From an uncultured Candidatus Saccharibacteria bacterium (GTDB lineage: Bacteria; Patescibacteriota; Minisyncoccia; UBA6257; GWB1-50-10), in the NCBI GenBank assembly GCA_964356375.1, contig CAYHGT010000001.1, forward strand, positions 9,221-73,220: a DNA stretch of 64,000 nucleotides, read 5' to 3'. The notes beneath the pieces are model-generated. The model searched no databases. It was not told the origin of the DNA and saw only the letters and a program-made list of their open reading frames with translations. Each line of letters begins with the position of its first letter. The stretch's first letter is position 1. Positions 8,745 through 17,906 of the stretch are shown here, piece by piece. The position numbers and the translations under genes are program-made.

Positions 8745-8855
8745 CTTTACCGAGCACATAAATTAACACGCAAAGCATTAATCAATTCTCTTATTTATTT
8801 CCGATGAAAAAGAAAAATTATAAACCAAAGTTTTCAATTTATGTGCTCGGTGCTC
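8745..8855. promoter_or_regulatory. Conserved inverted-repeat element, copy 2, spanning the promoter, RBS, start codon and first leader codons of the third pilin-LamG gene
   Basis: Perfect 15-bp inverted repeat ACCGAGCACATAAAT (8749-8763) / ATTTATGTGCTCGGT (8837-8851). The start codon at 8804 lies inside the loop. The flanks CTTTACCGAGCAC and GTGCTCGGTGCTCGATT match copy 1. Confidence 0.45.
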
Positions 8856-10168
8856 GATTCTTTAGCCACGCGCTTCGCGCGTGGAAAGAATCGGCAGGCC
8901 AGTCCCTCGTTGAAATTATTATCGGCCTCGCAATTGGCGCAATTTTGATAGGTGCGTCAGCGCTTGCAATCGCAGCGATGTTGAATTCAAACGTGACGAC
9001 ACAAAAATGGAAGGCGGCAACCGTGCTCTCACAAAGCTTATTAGATAATGCGCGTGCATACGGCTCTGTAAATTGGCAGAATTTGTACGGGCTTACAAAA
9101 ACGTCTAGTACACAATATTTTTTAAACGCTTCAGGAACCACATATAACGTAATTCAGGGGAAGGAGGGAATGGTTGATAATGATGTGACAAACGGCTTAG
9201 TGGGAGAGTGGAAATTTGATGAGGATGCGGGGACGACCAGCACGCTAACGTATGATGCGTCTGGCAATGGCAACAATGGAACACTTGTGGGTAGTCCTAT
9301 TAGAGCAACGTCTACATGTAAAATAGGAAATTGTTTGAAGTTTAATGGTGCGGACAATTATGTGAGCGTCACTAACTCCGCTACGGTAAAAAGCATTTCT
9401 ACTACTGGCACGATTGCGACATGGATTAATTTAACGGTTGCGCCAACAAGCACCAACCTGCAATTGATTGCCGATGTGGATGGCACAGCCAGTTGTACTG
9501 CGAGAGGTATGATATTTTATATTTCAGCTACGCAATTTAAATTTCAGTATGGTAGCGGTGGTGCTTGTCAGAATGCGAGTTCGGTTACCGTGCCAGCCAC
9601 GAATCAATGGTTTCATATAGTTGCGACGTGGGATGGTCTCGCTGGCGCCAAGATGTATGTGAATGGAACATCCGAGGGCAATAATGTTGCGGTGTCAAAT
9701 GTCAGCATTGCGCAAGCGTCCACTTATATTGCCAGTCAGGCGGGTACCACAAGTTTTATAAACGGTCTCGTTGACGATCTTCGTATCTACAATCGCGCGC
9801 TTTCGGCTGACGAAGTGAAACAACTCTACAACGCCAATATTTTCACGCGATATTTCTATGTGGAAAATACGTGTCGCACAAACGATGCATCAAGCTCCAT
9901 TTCCGGTGTTGCTTCCTGCGCGGGAGGTTCGGCTGACGACCCATCAACGCAGAAAGTAAGCGCGGTCTCGCAGTGGGCAGTCCTCGCTGGCACAAATCAG
10001 CTTTCTCTCGCTGATTATATAACGCGATGGAGAAACACAATTTTTCAGCAGAATGACTGGTCTGGTGGCGCAAGCGCAACGGGCACGTATACGAGTCCCA
10101 CAAACCTTTTTTCAACGTCGTCTAACGCAAACACAGCAGGCAAGTCAATTCGCATTCAAGGCCTGTAA
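8804..10168 (+). CDS. Type IV pilin-like protein with a LamG-like domain and an extra C-terminal region (paralog 3)
   Basis: Long leader then ESAG|QSLVEIIIGLAIGAIL (G-1, E+5). LVGEWKFDE...CKIGNC...DDLRIYNRALSADEVKQLY. 454 aa. Confidence 0.75.
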   Translation: MKKKNYKPKFSIYVLGARFFSHALRAWKESAGQSLVEIIIGLAIGAILIGASALAIAAMLNSNVTTQKWKAATVLSQSLLDNARAYGSVNWQNLYGLTKTSSTQYFLNASGTTYNVIQGKEGMVDNDVTNGLVGEWKFDEDAGTTSTLTYDASGNGNNGTLVGSPIRATSTCKIGNCLKFNGADNYVSVTNSATVKSISTTGTIATWINLTVAPTSTNLQLIADVDGTASCTARGMIFYISATQFKFQYGSGGACQNASSVTVPATNQWFHIVATWDGLAGAKMYVNGTSEGNNVAVSNVSIAQASTYIASQAGTTSFINGLVDDLRIYNRALSADEVKQLYNANIFTRYFYVENTCRTNDASSSISGVASCAGGSADDPSTQKVSAVSQWAVLAGTNQLSLADYITRWRNTIFQQNDWSGGASATGTYTSPTNLFSTSSNANTAGKSIRIQGL

Positions 10169-10278
10169 TAACCAGCGACTAACGACAAACAACTAGAAAC
10201 GGACGGACCTTTTTCCATTTTTTTCCTGTCGTGGGTTGTTAGTTGTGAGTTGTAGGTTGTGAGTTATAATAAAAGCAT

Positions 10279-10719
10279 ATGGTTGAAGTAAAGAATTTCA
10301 GTGAATCGCTTGATACTCATTTGGAGCGCCTAGGTGCACATATTAACGTAGAACGCGAAAGGCCAAGTTCCGAGCTTTCATCTCCGCGCGAGATTGTAAA
10401 AAACTCACTCAAAAATTATGCAGAAGACCTTACTCAGATTCGGAACGTGAGCGTGGCTGAGGCACAGGCTGGTCTTGTGTCGCAAGCAACGCCAGCGTCC
10501 GATATGTCTGGGTCCTTGCCAAACTACCTTTTTAACAGCGACATTTCTGAGGGTATTAAGCAGGAGGTAAAAGAGCTTGTGGATTTTGTATTTTCAGACA
10601 ATCTTGAATCCGCAATAAAAGAGTCGCGCAAACGTTCTGCGTTCGTGCAGGACGCATTTCACGATGCGCTGGTTGATAAGTTGATGCCAGAACTCGTAAA
10701 ACGAGGAATTTTCAAATAA
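10279..10719 (+). CDS. Hypothetical protein (146 aa), upstream partner of the large ATPase
   Basis: Intact ORF with good coding periodicity and no recognisable motif. It is separated from the next gene by 8 bp. Confidence 0.45.
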   Translation: MVEVKNFSESLDTHLERLGAHINVERERPSSELSSPREIVKNSLKNYAEDLTQIRNVSVAEAQAGLVSQATPASDMSGSLPNYLFNSDISEGIKQEVKELVDFVFSDNLESAIKESRKRSAFVQDAFHDALVDKLMPELVKRGIFK

Positions 10720-10727
10720 CCCACATA

Positions 10728-13079
10728 ATGGTTTATTTAATAATCTTTTTAACATTCTTTTTCACCTTTCTTTTTGGCATCCTCGCATTTTTTGTGTGGC
10801 GAAAAAAGATACGCGAATTATTGAAGAATAGTTTGGAAATGAAGCTTTTCCTTGTGCGTATGCCACACATGAATAAGGAGGGTAAGGATTTGAAAAAAGA
10901 AATAAGTATTTCCGAACAATTTTTGAGTGCCTTAGCATCGCTCGGGGGTCCCTTCGCGCTTGAAGTTGCCGTCCCACACATTGGCGAGGAAATCCATTTT
11001 TATGTGGCGGTTCCCGGCAAATCACGCGAATCAATCGTGCGTCAGATTCACGCATTGTGGGCTGATGCGAGTGTGAGCGAGGTAGACGACTACAATATTT
11101 TTAACTACACGGGCGTGGTCGCGGGTATTTCTATTCGCCAAAAAGAGAAATCAATCCTTCCAATTCGCACGTATCAGGAATTGGAGGCGGATTCGTTTTT
11201 GCCGGTACTTGGTGGATTTTCAAAAATAAACGAGGTGGGTGAGGGTTGCGCGATCCAGTATGTGGCGCGTCCCGCATCTTCCAAGGAGAAAAAAAATATT
11301 CAATATGCGGTAGACCTCTTGAAAAAAGGCGTAAAAGCAAAGGACGTATTTGGCGGTACATGGCTTGTGCTTAAAGATTTTGATGAAGCGCTTGGTGCGG
11401 GAAAGAAAAAAGAAACGGAAGAAAAAATAGTAGACGAGGGGGCCTTGGAAGCATTGAAGGCAAAAGTGGGAAAACAACTTTTTGATGTGAATGTGCGTGT
11501 AATTGCGTCAGCCCCGAGTCAGTTTCAAGCAGACGCTATTATTGATGGAGTAATTGCTGGCTTTTCGCAATTCTCGGCACCAGAGCGCAATGAATTTAAA
11601 ATTGTGAAGCCGAGAAAACTTCAGGATTTTATACATTCATTTTCATACCGCGACTTCAATGAGTCCGAAGCGATGTTAATGAATACGGAAGAATTTGCGA
11701 GTATCTTTCATTTTCCGACGCCGTTTACAGATGTGCCGAGAATTAAGTATCTGAAATCGCGCGAGGCGCCCCCGCCATCCGACCTACCAAAGGAGGGAAT
11801 CTTGCTTGGCGAAAGTATTTATAGAGGAACTCATATTCCTGTGCGGCTTACGCGCGAGGACAGGCGAAGACACTTGTATGTAATCGGTCAGACGGGTACT
11901 GGTAAGTCCGTATTTATCAATAATTTGTCGGGTCAGGATGTCGTTAATGGCGAAGGAGTATGTGTAATTGACCCGAATGGAGATCTTTTTGAAGATGTAC
12001 TGAGTCGTATTCCCAAAAACAGATTAAATGATGTGATTGTGTTTGACCCGAGTGATGTCTTGCATCCCTTGGGCATCAATATGCTGGAATATGATCTAAA
12101 CTTCCCGGAGCAGAAAACATTCCTCATAAATGAACTGATGCAGATTTTTGACACGCTCTATGACCTGAAGACCACGGGTGGTCCAATGTTTGAGCAGTAT
12201 ACGCGCAACGCTCTTCTTCTATTGATGGATGACCCCACAAACGGATTTACTATTCTTGAAATTCCGCGTGTGATGTCGGATGTAGAATTTCGAGAAGCGC
12301 TTCTTGCAAAATGCAAAAACGCAATTGCGAAAGATTTTTGGGAGAAGGAGGCGAATAAGGCGGGAGGGGATGCGTCACTTGCAAACATGGTTCCGTATAT
12401 TACGTCCAAGTTCAATACATTTATTGCAAATGATTTTATGCGCCCCATCGTCGCGCAATCAAAAAGTTCCATTGATTTTAGAAAAGTGATGGATGAGGGC
12501 AAGATTCTTTTGGTGAACCTCTCAAAGGGAAAGCTTGGCGAATTAAATGCGTCGTTACTCGGCATGATAATTGTGGGTAAGCTTACGATTGCCGCGTTCT
12601 CGCGCGCGGATATGGCACCCGAAAAGCGCAGGGATTTCTATCTCTATATGGATGAGTTCCAGAATTTCACAACACCAAGTATCTCCACGATTCTTTCTGA
12701 GGCAAGAAAATACCGACTATGTATTATTGCCGCACATCAGTTTATTGCGCAGTTAAAGGAGCCGATTCGTAATGCGATATTTGGCAATGTGGGCTCGCTT
12801 GTGGCATTTCGCGTAGGTGCTGATGACGCGGAGTTTTTGGAAAAGCAATTTACGCCCGTATTTTCCGAAAGCGATCTTATTAACATTGATAATTTAAATG
12901 CACACGTAAAAATTGCCATTAATAATCAGGTTTATCCGGCGTTCAATATGTTTGTACCGTTTCCGCCAAAGGGCGATAGAACCACTGTGGACGAGGCACA
13001 CGCGCTTTCCAGGCAGAAATATGGGCGCCCACGCGAAGACGTTGAGGCCGAAATTTATAAGCGAATAAAGGCGGTCTAA
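10728..13079 (+). CDS. Membrane-anchored P-loop ATPase of the FtsK/HerA/TraG-VirD4 (T4SS coupling-protein-like, DNA-translocase) superfamily
   Basis: 783 aa. N-terminal TM helix (LIIFLTFFFTFLFGILAFFVW). Walker A HLYVIGQTGTGKSVF. Walker-B-like FYLYMDEFQNF (the DEF motif seen in FtsK/TraG families). Downstream RLCIIAAHQ. Family assignment is from motifs only. Confidence 0.55.
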   Translation: MVYLIIFLTFFFTFLFGILAFFVWRKKIRELLKNSLEMKLFLVRMPHMNKEGKDLKKEISISEQFLSALASLGGPFALEVAVPHIGEEIHFYVAVPGKSRESIVRQIHALWADASVSEVDDYNIFNYTGVVAGISIRQKEKSILPIRTYQELEADSFLPVLGGFSKINEVGEGCAIQYVARPASSKEKKNIQYAVDLLKKGVKAKDVFGGTWLVLKDFDEALGAGKKKETEEKIVDEGALEALKAKVGKQLFDVNVRVIASAPSQFQADAIIDGVIAGFSQFSAPERNEFKIVKPRKLQDFIHSFSYRDFNESEAMLMNTEEFASIFHFPTPFTDVPRIKYLKSREAPPPSDLPKEGILLGESIYRGTHIPVRLTREDRRRHLYVIGQTGTGKSVFINNLSGQDVVNGEGVCVIDPNGDLFEDVLSRIPKNRLNDVIVFDPSDVLHPLGINMLEYDLNFPEQKTFLINELMQIFDTLYDLKTTGGPMFEQYTRNALLLLMDDPTNGFTILEIPRVMSDVEFREALLAKCKNAIAKDFWEKEANKAGGDASLANMVPYITSKFNTFIANDFMRPIVAQSKSSIDFRKVMDEGKILLVNLSKGKLGELNASLLGMIIVGKLTIAAFSRADMAPEKRRDFYLYMDEFQNFTTPSISTILSEARKYRLCIIAAHQFIAQLKEPIRNAIFGNVGSLVAFRVGADDAEFLEKQFTPVFSESDLINIDNLNAHVKIAINNQVYPAFNMFVPFPPKGDRTTVDEAHALSRQKYGRPREDVEAEIYKRIKAV

Positions 13080-13086
13080 TCCATTC

Positions 13087-13830
13087 ATGTCAAAACCGTA
13101 TCTATCTCTCATTATCCCTGTTCGCGACGAAGAGAAGACCGTGTTGCAGACACTTCTTTCCGTGGACTACGCGCTTTCTATTTCCGAATTTTCTTCGGAA
13201 GTAATTGTTGTGGATGATGGTTCACGCGATACCACGGCGCATATCGTACGGCAGTATGAAAAAGTTCTAAAACCTCTGAAATGCATTGAGGGTAAGAGTA
13301 AGAGGGGATTTGGTTCCGCAATTAAGGACGGTATGGCAGATGCAAATGGGAACGTGCAAATGATTCTCTATCCATCGTGCGTTGGATTTTTAGATAAACG
13401 GGAAGAAATTTTAACCGCATTTAAGGACGGGTATGATATTGTAGTTGGTTCGCGGAATATCGCCGTAGAACGGCTCTCGCTCTCATGTTCCGTGAAGCGC
13501 GCATTCAGAAAACTTGGCAATCGGCTTTTGTGTGGCAAATCGCTTTTCGGGGTATCCGATGTACGGTTTGGCGCGGTCTGTATGACGGAAGAAATGGCGG
13601 AGTGGCTCTCCTCGTTCTCGGAACTCACAAATAGCAACAACATTTTCTTTGAAATGTATATGCTTACTACCGCAAATGGTGGGCGAATCAAGGAGATTGC
13701 ATATGGAGAAAGCGATGAATGTGTCTGTGGAAAAGGCGCGTGGAACTGGATTCGCGCATATTTTCACTCGCTTAAGGTGAGGCATTTGGCAAAGAAGAAA
13801 AAGAAGCACGAAGGGCTTGTGTTGGAGTAA
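13087..13830 (+). CDS. Family 2 glycosyltransferase (dolichyl-phosphate-sugar-transferase-like)
   Basis: LSLIIPVRDEE...VIVVDDGSRD: GT-A fold DXD context. 247 aa. Confidence 0.7.
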   Translation: MSKPYLSLIIPVRDEEKTVLQTLLSVDYALSISEFSSEVIVVDDGSRDTTAHIVRQYEKVLKPLKCIEGKSKRGFGSAIKDGMADANGNVQMILYPSCVGFLDKREEILTAFKDGYDIVVGSRNIAVERLSLSCSVKRAFRKLGNRLLCGKSLFGVSDVRFGAVCMTEEMAEWLSSFSELTNSNNIFFEMYMLTTANGGRIKEIAYGESDECVCGKGAWNWIRAYFHSLKVRHLAKKKKKHEGLVLE

Positions 13831-13865
13831 CCCGTCGACTCGGTGTATTATAGAAGGCATAAGAT

Positions 13866-14267
13866 ATGAAAATAGCGATTTGTGGGAGCATGGTATTTTC
13901 AAAGGAGATGATGGAAATCAAGGAAAAGCTGGAGCAATTTGGTCACGGAGTTATTCTTCCCGCAAATACGGAGAGGTATGCGAATGGGGGTAAGATGTTG
14001 GAAAGCAAATGGGCGAAGATTGAGGGCGACCTTATTAGGGATTATTACAATAAAATTAAAGAATGTGACGCGGTGCTCGTTGCGAATATAACTAAAAATG
14101 GTATAGAGAATTATGTGGGCGGGAATGCATTCATTGAATTAGCATTTGGACACGTACTTAATAAAAAGGTTTACTTGATTAACTCAGTCCCAGAAATGAA
14201 TTACAAAGATGAAATAGAAGCGATGGGGCCAGTGATACTTAATGGAGATTTGTCAAAAATTATATGA
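13866..14267 (+). CDS. Small nucleoside 2-deoxyribosyltransferase-like / DUF4406-like protein
   Basis: MKIAICGSMVFSKEM...ECDAVLVANI: a flavodoxin-like fold pattern typical of this family. Low-confidence motif call. Confidence 0.35.
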   Translation: MKIAICGSMVFSKEMMEIKEKLEQFGHGVILPANTERYANGGKMLESKWAKIEGDLIRDYYNKIKECDAVLVANITKNGIENYVGGNAFIELAFGHVLNKKVYLINSVPEMNYKDEIEAMGPVILNGDLSKII

Positions 14268-15001
14268 CCAAATTACTTATTGCAAACTGGAAGATGAAAC
14301 CAGCGACCGTCGTGGAGGCAATAAAACTTGCCAAGGCGAGCGATGTAAAGGGCGTGTTTATTGCGCCATCATTTGCATTTCTGTCACTTGTAAAAAGTGT
14401 ATTGAAAAATGCGACGCTCGGAAGCCAGGACATGTTTTATGAGAATCCGAAAAATGGAGGAGCATTTACAGGGGCGGTTTCGGTATCAATGCTTAAATCG
14501 CTTGGCACGAAGTTCGCAATTATTGGACATTCGGAACGGCGGGCGTATTTTGGTGAAACCGACGAGCAGATTACAAAAAAAATCCCACTCGCATATGAGA
14601 ATGGGCTTCTCCCCGTATTGTGTGTAGGAGAATCGTGGTCGGTTAGACAGCGTGGTATTACGGAGGCAAAGGCGTTTGTCGCCCTGCAACTCGCAAAAGA
14701 TCTCTCACGAATTCCACCAACGGCAAAAAAAATCGTGATTGCGTATGAGCCAATCTGGGCAATAGGAACGGGTAATAATGATACGCCTGAAAATGCAGGA
14801 GATATGGCGCGCCATATAAGAAGCGCGGTGGCGAAGGGGAATAGCGGGCTAAGTGCGCAAGTGCTCTATGGTGGTTCTGTGAACGCAAAGAATATCGCGT
14901 CGTTTGCCAAAGAAAAAAATATTGATGGATTTCTAGTTGGTGGCGCAAGTGCCGATGCAAAAGAATGGAAGGCGATAGTAAAAATCGTAGCAAAGCTATA
15001 G
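14264..15001 (+). CDS. tpiA: Triosephosphate isomerase
   Basis: ANWKMK, IGHSERR and YEPIWAIGTG signature motifs. Its start overlaps the upstream stop (ATGA). Confidence 0.9.
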   Translation: MTKLLIANWKMKPATVVEAIKLAKASDVKGVFIAPSFAFLSLVKSVLKNATLGSQDMFYENPKNGGAFTGAVSVSMLKSLGTKFAIIGHSERRAYFGETDEQITKKIPLAYENGLLPVLCVGESWSVRQRGITEAKAFVALQLAKDLSRIPPTAKKIVIAYEPIWAIGTGNNDTPENAGDMARHIRSAVAKGNSGLSAQVLYGGSVNAKNIASFAKEKNIDGFLVGGASADAKEWKAIVKIVAKL

Positions 15002-15006
15002 TGCAA

Positions 15007-15774
15007 ATGAATAGGGGAACAAAAAAATTCTTATATGGATTCTTCTACTTCGCGTGCGTTTCGCTCGTGGTGTTTCTGGTCTACAAATCCTATACCACCG
15101 TTCCGCCAAGTTGCTTTGATAATATTCAAAACCAATATGAAACGGGCGTTGATTGTGGTGGTTTATGTGTCGCGTGTGATATAAAAAATCTAATCCCACT
15201 TGGTATGGTTGGAGCACCGCGTCTTTTTACGATTCCGTCGTCGGGCAACGAGACCGCGCTGTTTCAGGTGGAAAACCAAAATACCACGCATCATGCGATG
15301 CAGTTTGGGTATGTGGTGAATGTGCTGGATAAAAATGGCGAGAACGTGGAGACCTTTGGTGGGACTGATACGCTTTTTGCAGGGGAGAAGCGCTATATTT
15401 TTGAGCCGTTAATTACTACACCAATGCGGAATATCGGAACCATCTCACTAGAATTCAAGGACCCAGCGTGGAAACCCGTGGATGAGTATGTTCCACCCGC
15501 ATTAACACTTAGCGATATAAAAACCGATGTTGGGAAGAGCTGGCTCCGCGTGAATGGAACGGTGAAAAATGGAAATACTTTTTCTGCGCGCGAGGTGAAA
15601 ATCATCGCGATACTGCGCGGGAAGTCGGGTATGGAGCTTTTTGTGGCACAGGTAATTCTGACGAGTATTCCAGGATTTGGAAGCGTGTCCTTTACGATTC
15701 CGTTTCCATTTGATAAAACTCTTATTGACGGCCTTGACCCAGGTAAGAGCGAGGTCTTCGTAAGTAGCAAATGA
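15007..15774 (+). CDS. Hypothetical membrane-anchored protein
   Basis: The likely start is ATG at 15007 (MNRGTKKFLYGFFYFACVSLVVFLV TM), just after the tpiA stop. The track ORF from 14965 overlaps tpiA. No family motif was recognised. Confidence 0.5.
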   Translation: MNRGTKKFLYGFFYFACVSLVVFLVYKSYTTVPPSCFDNIQNQYETGVDCGGLCVACDIKNLIPLGMVGAPRLFTIPSSGNETALFQVENQNTTHHAMQFGYVVNVLDKNGENVETFGGTDTLFAGEKRYIFEPLITTPMRNIGTISLEFKDPAWKPVDEYVPPALTLSDIKTDVGKSWLRVNGTVKNGNTFSAREVKIIAILRGKSGMELFVAQVILTSIPGFGSVSFTIPFPFDKTLIDGLDPGKSEVFVSSK

Positions 15775-16847
15775 TATTCGGCTCACGGCATCTAGATTTT
15801 GGGATAATTACAGGTCTTGTCATCATTGCAGCGACAAGCCTTGTTTCTCTTGCGAGTGCAAACATCGCATTTTTTTGGCGCCAGCTTATTTGGTATGCAC
15901 TTGGATTTTTTATCATTGTGGTTGGTAGCCGGTTTGATTGGCGGTGGATGGGGGGACAGAGGTGGTTCCGGTACGGACTTTATTGGATTAGCATTGCGTT
16001 CATCATATATTCCAATCTTCAGACGGGTACGGTGCGTGGCGTGAAAAGCTGGATATCTATCGCTGGAATTCAATTTGAGCCGGGTGAACTGGTAAAGCTC
16101 GCGCTCATTTTCATATTCGCTGATTTTTTCGCGAAGCGACATATTCATGCGTGGCAGGCAAAGAATATTCTCATTTCCTTCTTTTATGCTGCACTGCCCG
16201 CAACACTCATTGCAATTCACCCAGACCTTGGCACGGCATTTATCGTAATGACACTCTGGTTCGGGTATATGTTGATGAGTGGCGTACACGTGAAACGATT
16301 CCTTTTTGGTATTGGCGTATTTATTTGTTCGGTACTGCTTATGTGGTCGTTCTTCTTGATGCCATATCAGAAAGCACGCATTACGTCGTTCGCGTTTCCA
16401 GAACGCGACCCATTAGGCGCAAGTTATAATGTGATTCAAGCGAAAGTCGCGATAGGTTCTGCGGGATTTTGGGGGAAGGGTTTCAAAATGGGGACGCAAA
16501 CCCAGCTCCATTTCTTGCCAGAGTCCAAAACCGACTTTATTTTTGCCGCTTTCGTAGAGGAATGGGGACTCGTGGGCGGAATAGTGCTCCTATTGACATT
16601 TTTATACATTGTGTATAGGGTTATTCTAATTGGACAAAGAGCCCACGATAACTATTTCAAGCTGATAAGTTTGGGAGGGGGATTGTTTTTTATTGTCCAT
16701 TTTTTTGTAAACGTAGGGTCGAATCTAGGGCTATTGCCCGTGACTGGCGTCACATTTCCATTCTTGAGCTATGGAGGCTCAAATCTTCTGACGTCGTCAA
16801 TAATTTTAAGCGTAATCCAACACATTAAACTTGAATCCAGTGCATAA
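15771..16847 (+). CDS. SEDS-family peptidoglycan glycosyltransferase (FtsW/RodA)
   Basis: A protein with about 10 TM segments and the C-terminal LPVTGVTFPFLSYGGSNLLTSSIILSVI signature. Confidence 0.85.
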   Translation: MIFGSRHLDFGIITGLVIIAATSLVSLASANIAFFWRQLIWYALGFFIIVVGSRFDWRWMGGQRWFRYGLYWISIAFIIYSNLQTGTVRGVKSWISIAGIQFEPGELVKLALIFIFADFFAKRHIHAWQAKNILISFFYAALPATLIAIHPDLGTAFIVMTLWFGYMLMSGVHVKRFLFGIGVFICSVLLMWSFFLMPYQKARITSFAFPERDPLGASYNVIQAKVAIGSAGFWGKGFKMGTQTQLHFLPESKTDFIFAAFVEEWGLVGGIVLLLTFLYIVYRVILIGQRAHDNYFKLISLGGGLFFIVHFFVNVGSNLGLLPVTGVTFPFLSYGGSNLLTSSIILSVIQHIKLESSA

Positions 16848-17874
16848 AGAACACGGGAATCTGAGCGTGCGACTCCTTAGCATATTAGGCCTTGTTTTAC
16901 TTTGTATTATTTTTGTTGCGTACTTTTTCTACGGGCTTCAATCCGCGACGATGAATAACCGTGAAGATGGGAGCGCTACAAGCACCGCAAAAGAAATAAA
17001 ATTAAAGATTGAAAAAGGCGAGGGGGTGCGCGAGATTGCAAAAACACTTTCTAAACAATCACTTATCAGGTCCATTACTGTATTCAAATTATATACACTC
17101 GTAAGTGGGAAAGCGCAACGATTCCAGCCGGGCATTTATGATTTATCAACCGCGATGAGTGTGCCTGAGCTTGTGAGAGCGCTCACAACCATGGGAAGTA
17201 ATGAAGTACAAATTACGATAACAGAGGGCATGACCGCGAAAGATGCACGCGAAATTTTAATTTCTGCGGGTGCGTTGAAGCGCGAACAGCCATTCGCACT
17301 TGATATGCAAAAATTGCGAAGCGAGTACCCGTTCCTTAGTGCTTCGGATTCGCTTGAGGGCTTCATTTTTCCTGACACATATCGTATCGCTCTTGATGCG
17401 ACGCCAGACGAGATGGTTAGAGTATTCCTAAATAATTTTAAGGCAAAGGCGTGGCCACTTCTTGAGGGCAAAAGCGACTGGTATCACCCAATTGTTCTCG
17501 CTTCACTCCTAGAACGCGAAGTGCCAAAATTTATTGATAGACAGATTGTCGCTGGCATTATTTTAAAAAGAATAAGAATAAAAATGCCGATTCAGATTGA
17601 TGCGACACTTGGATATGCCAAGTGCGATGGGCTTCTCCTCGGGTGTGACGCGAGAATTGTAAGATCTGATACAGCACTTGTTTCTCCCTATAATTCATAC
17701 ACGCAATTAGGTTGGCCACCGACGCCAATATCAAATCCGGGAGAAGACGCGATACGCGCGGCGCTTGCTCCTAAGGATTCCCCCTATCTTTACTACCTAT
17801 CAGCGAAATCAGGAGAGACAATCTTCTCTAAGACGCTGGAAGAACACAATATAAAGCGAGCGAAATATTTATAA
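16831..17874 (+). CDS. mltG: Endolytic murein transglycosylase MltG (YceG family)
   Basis: N-terminal TM, then a YceG-like region with ...IDATLGYAK... motifs. 347 aa. Confidence 0.75.
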   Translation: MNPVHKEHGNLSVRLLSILGLVLLCIIFVAYFFYGLQSATMNNREDGSATSTAKEIKLKIEKGEGVREIAKTLSKQSLIRSITVFKLYTLVSGKAQRFQPGIYDLSTAMSVPELVRALTTMGSNEVQITITEGMTAKDAREILISAGALKREQPFALDMQKLRSEYPFLSASDSLEGFIFPDTYRIALDATPDEMVRVFLNNFKAKAWPLLEGKSDWYHPIVLASLLEREVPKFIDRQIVAGIILKRIRIKMPIQIDATLGYAKCDGLLLGCDARIVRSDTALVSPYNSYTQLGWPPTPISNPGEDAIRAALAPKDSPYLYYLSAKSGETIFSKTLEEHNIKRAKYL

Positions 17875-17906
17875 AAAGGCGAATAACTAACCATTAAAAA
17901 AATCCT

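Noticed and set aside
6404-10168. A diversity-generating retroelement (DGR) acting on the variable LamG domains of the pilin genes.
   Set aside because: No reverse transcriptase gene or template-repeat copy of a variable region is present in the window. The divergence between paralogs looks like ordinary duplication and divergence. The idea cannot be excluded without the rest of the genome.
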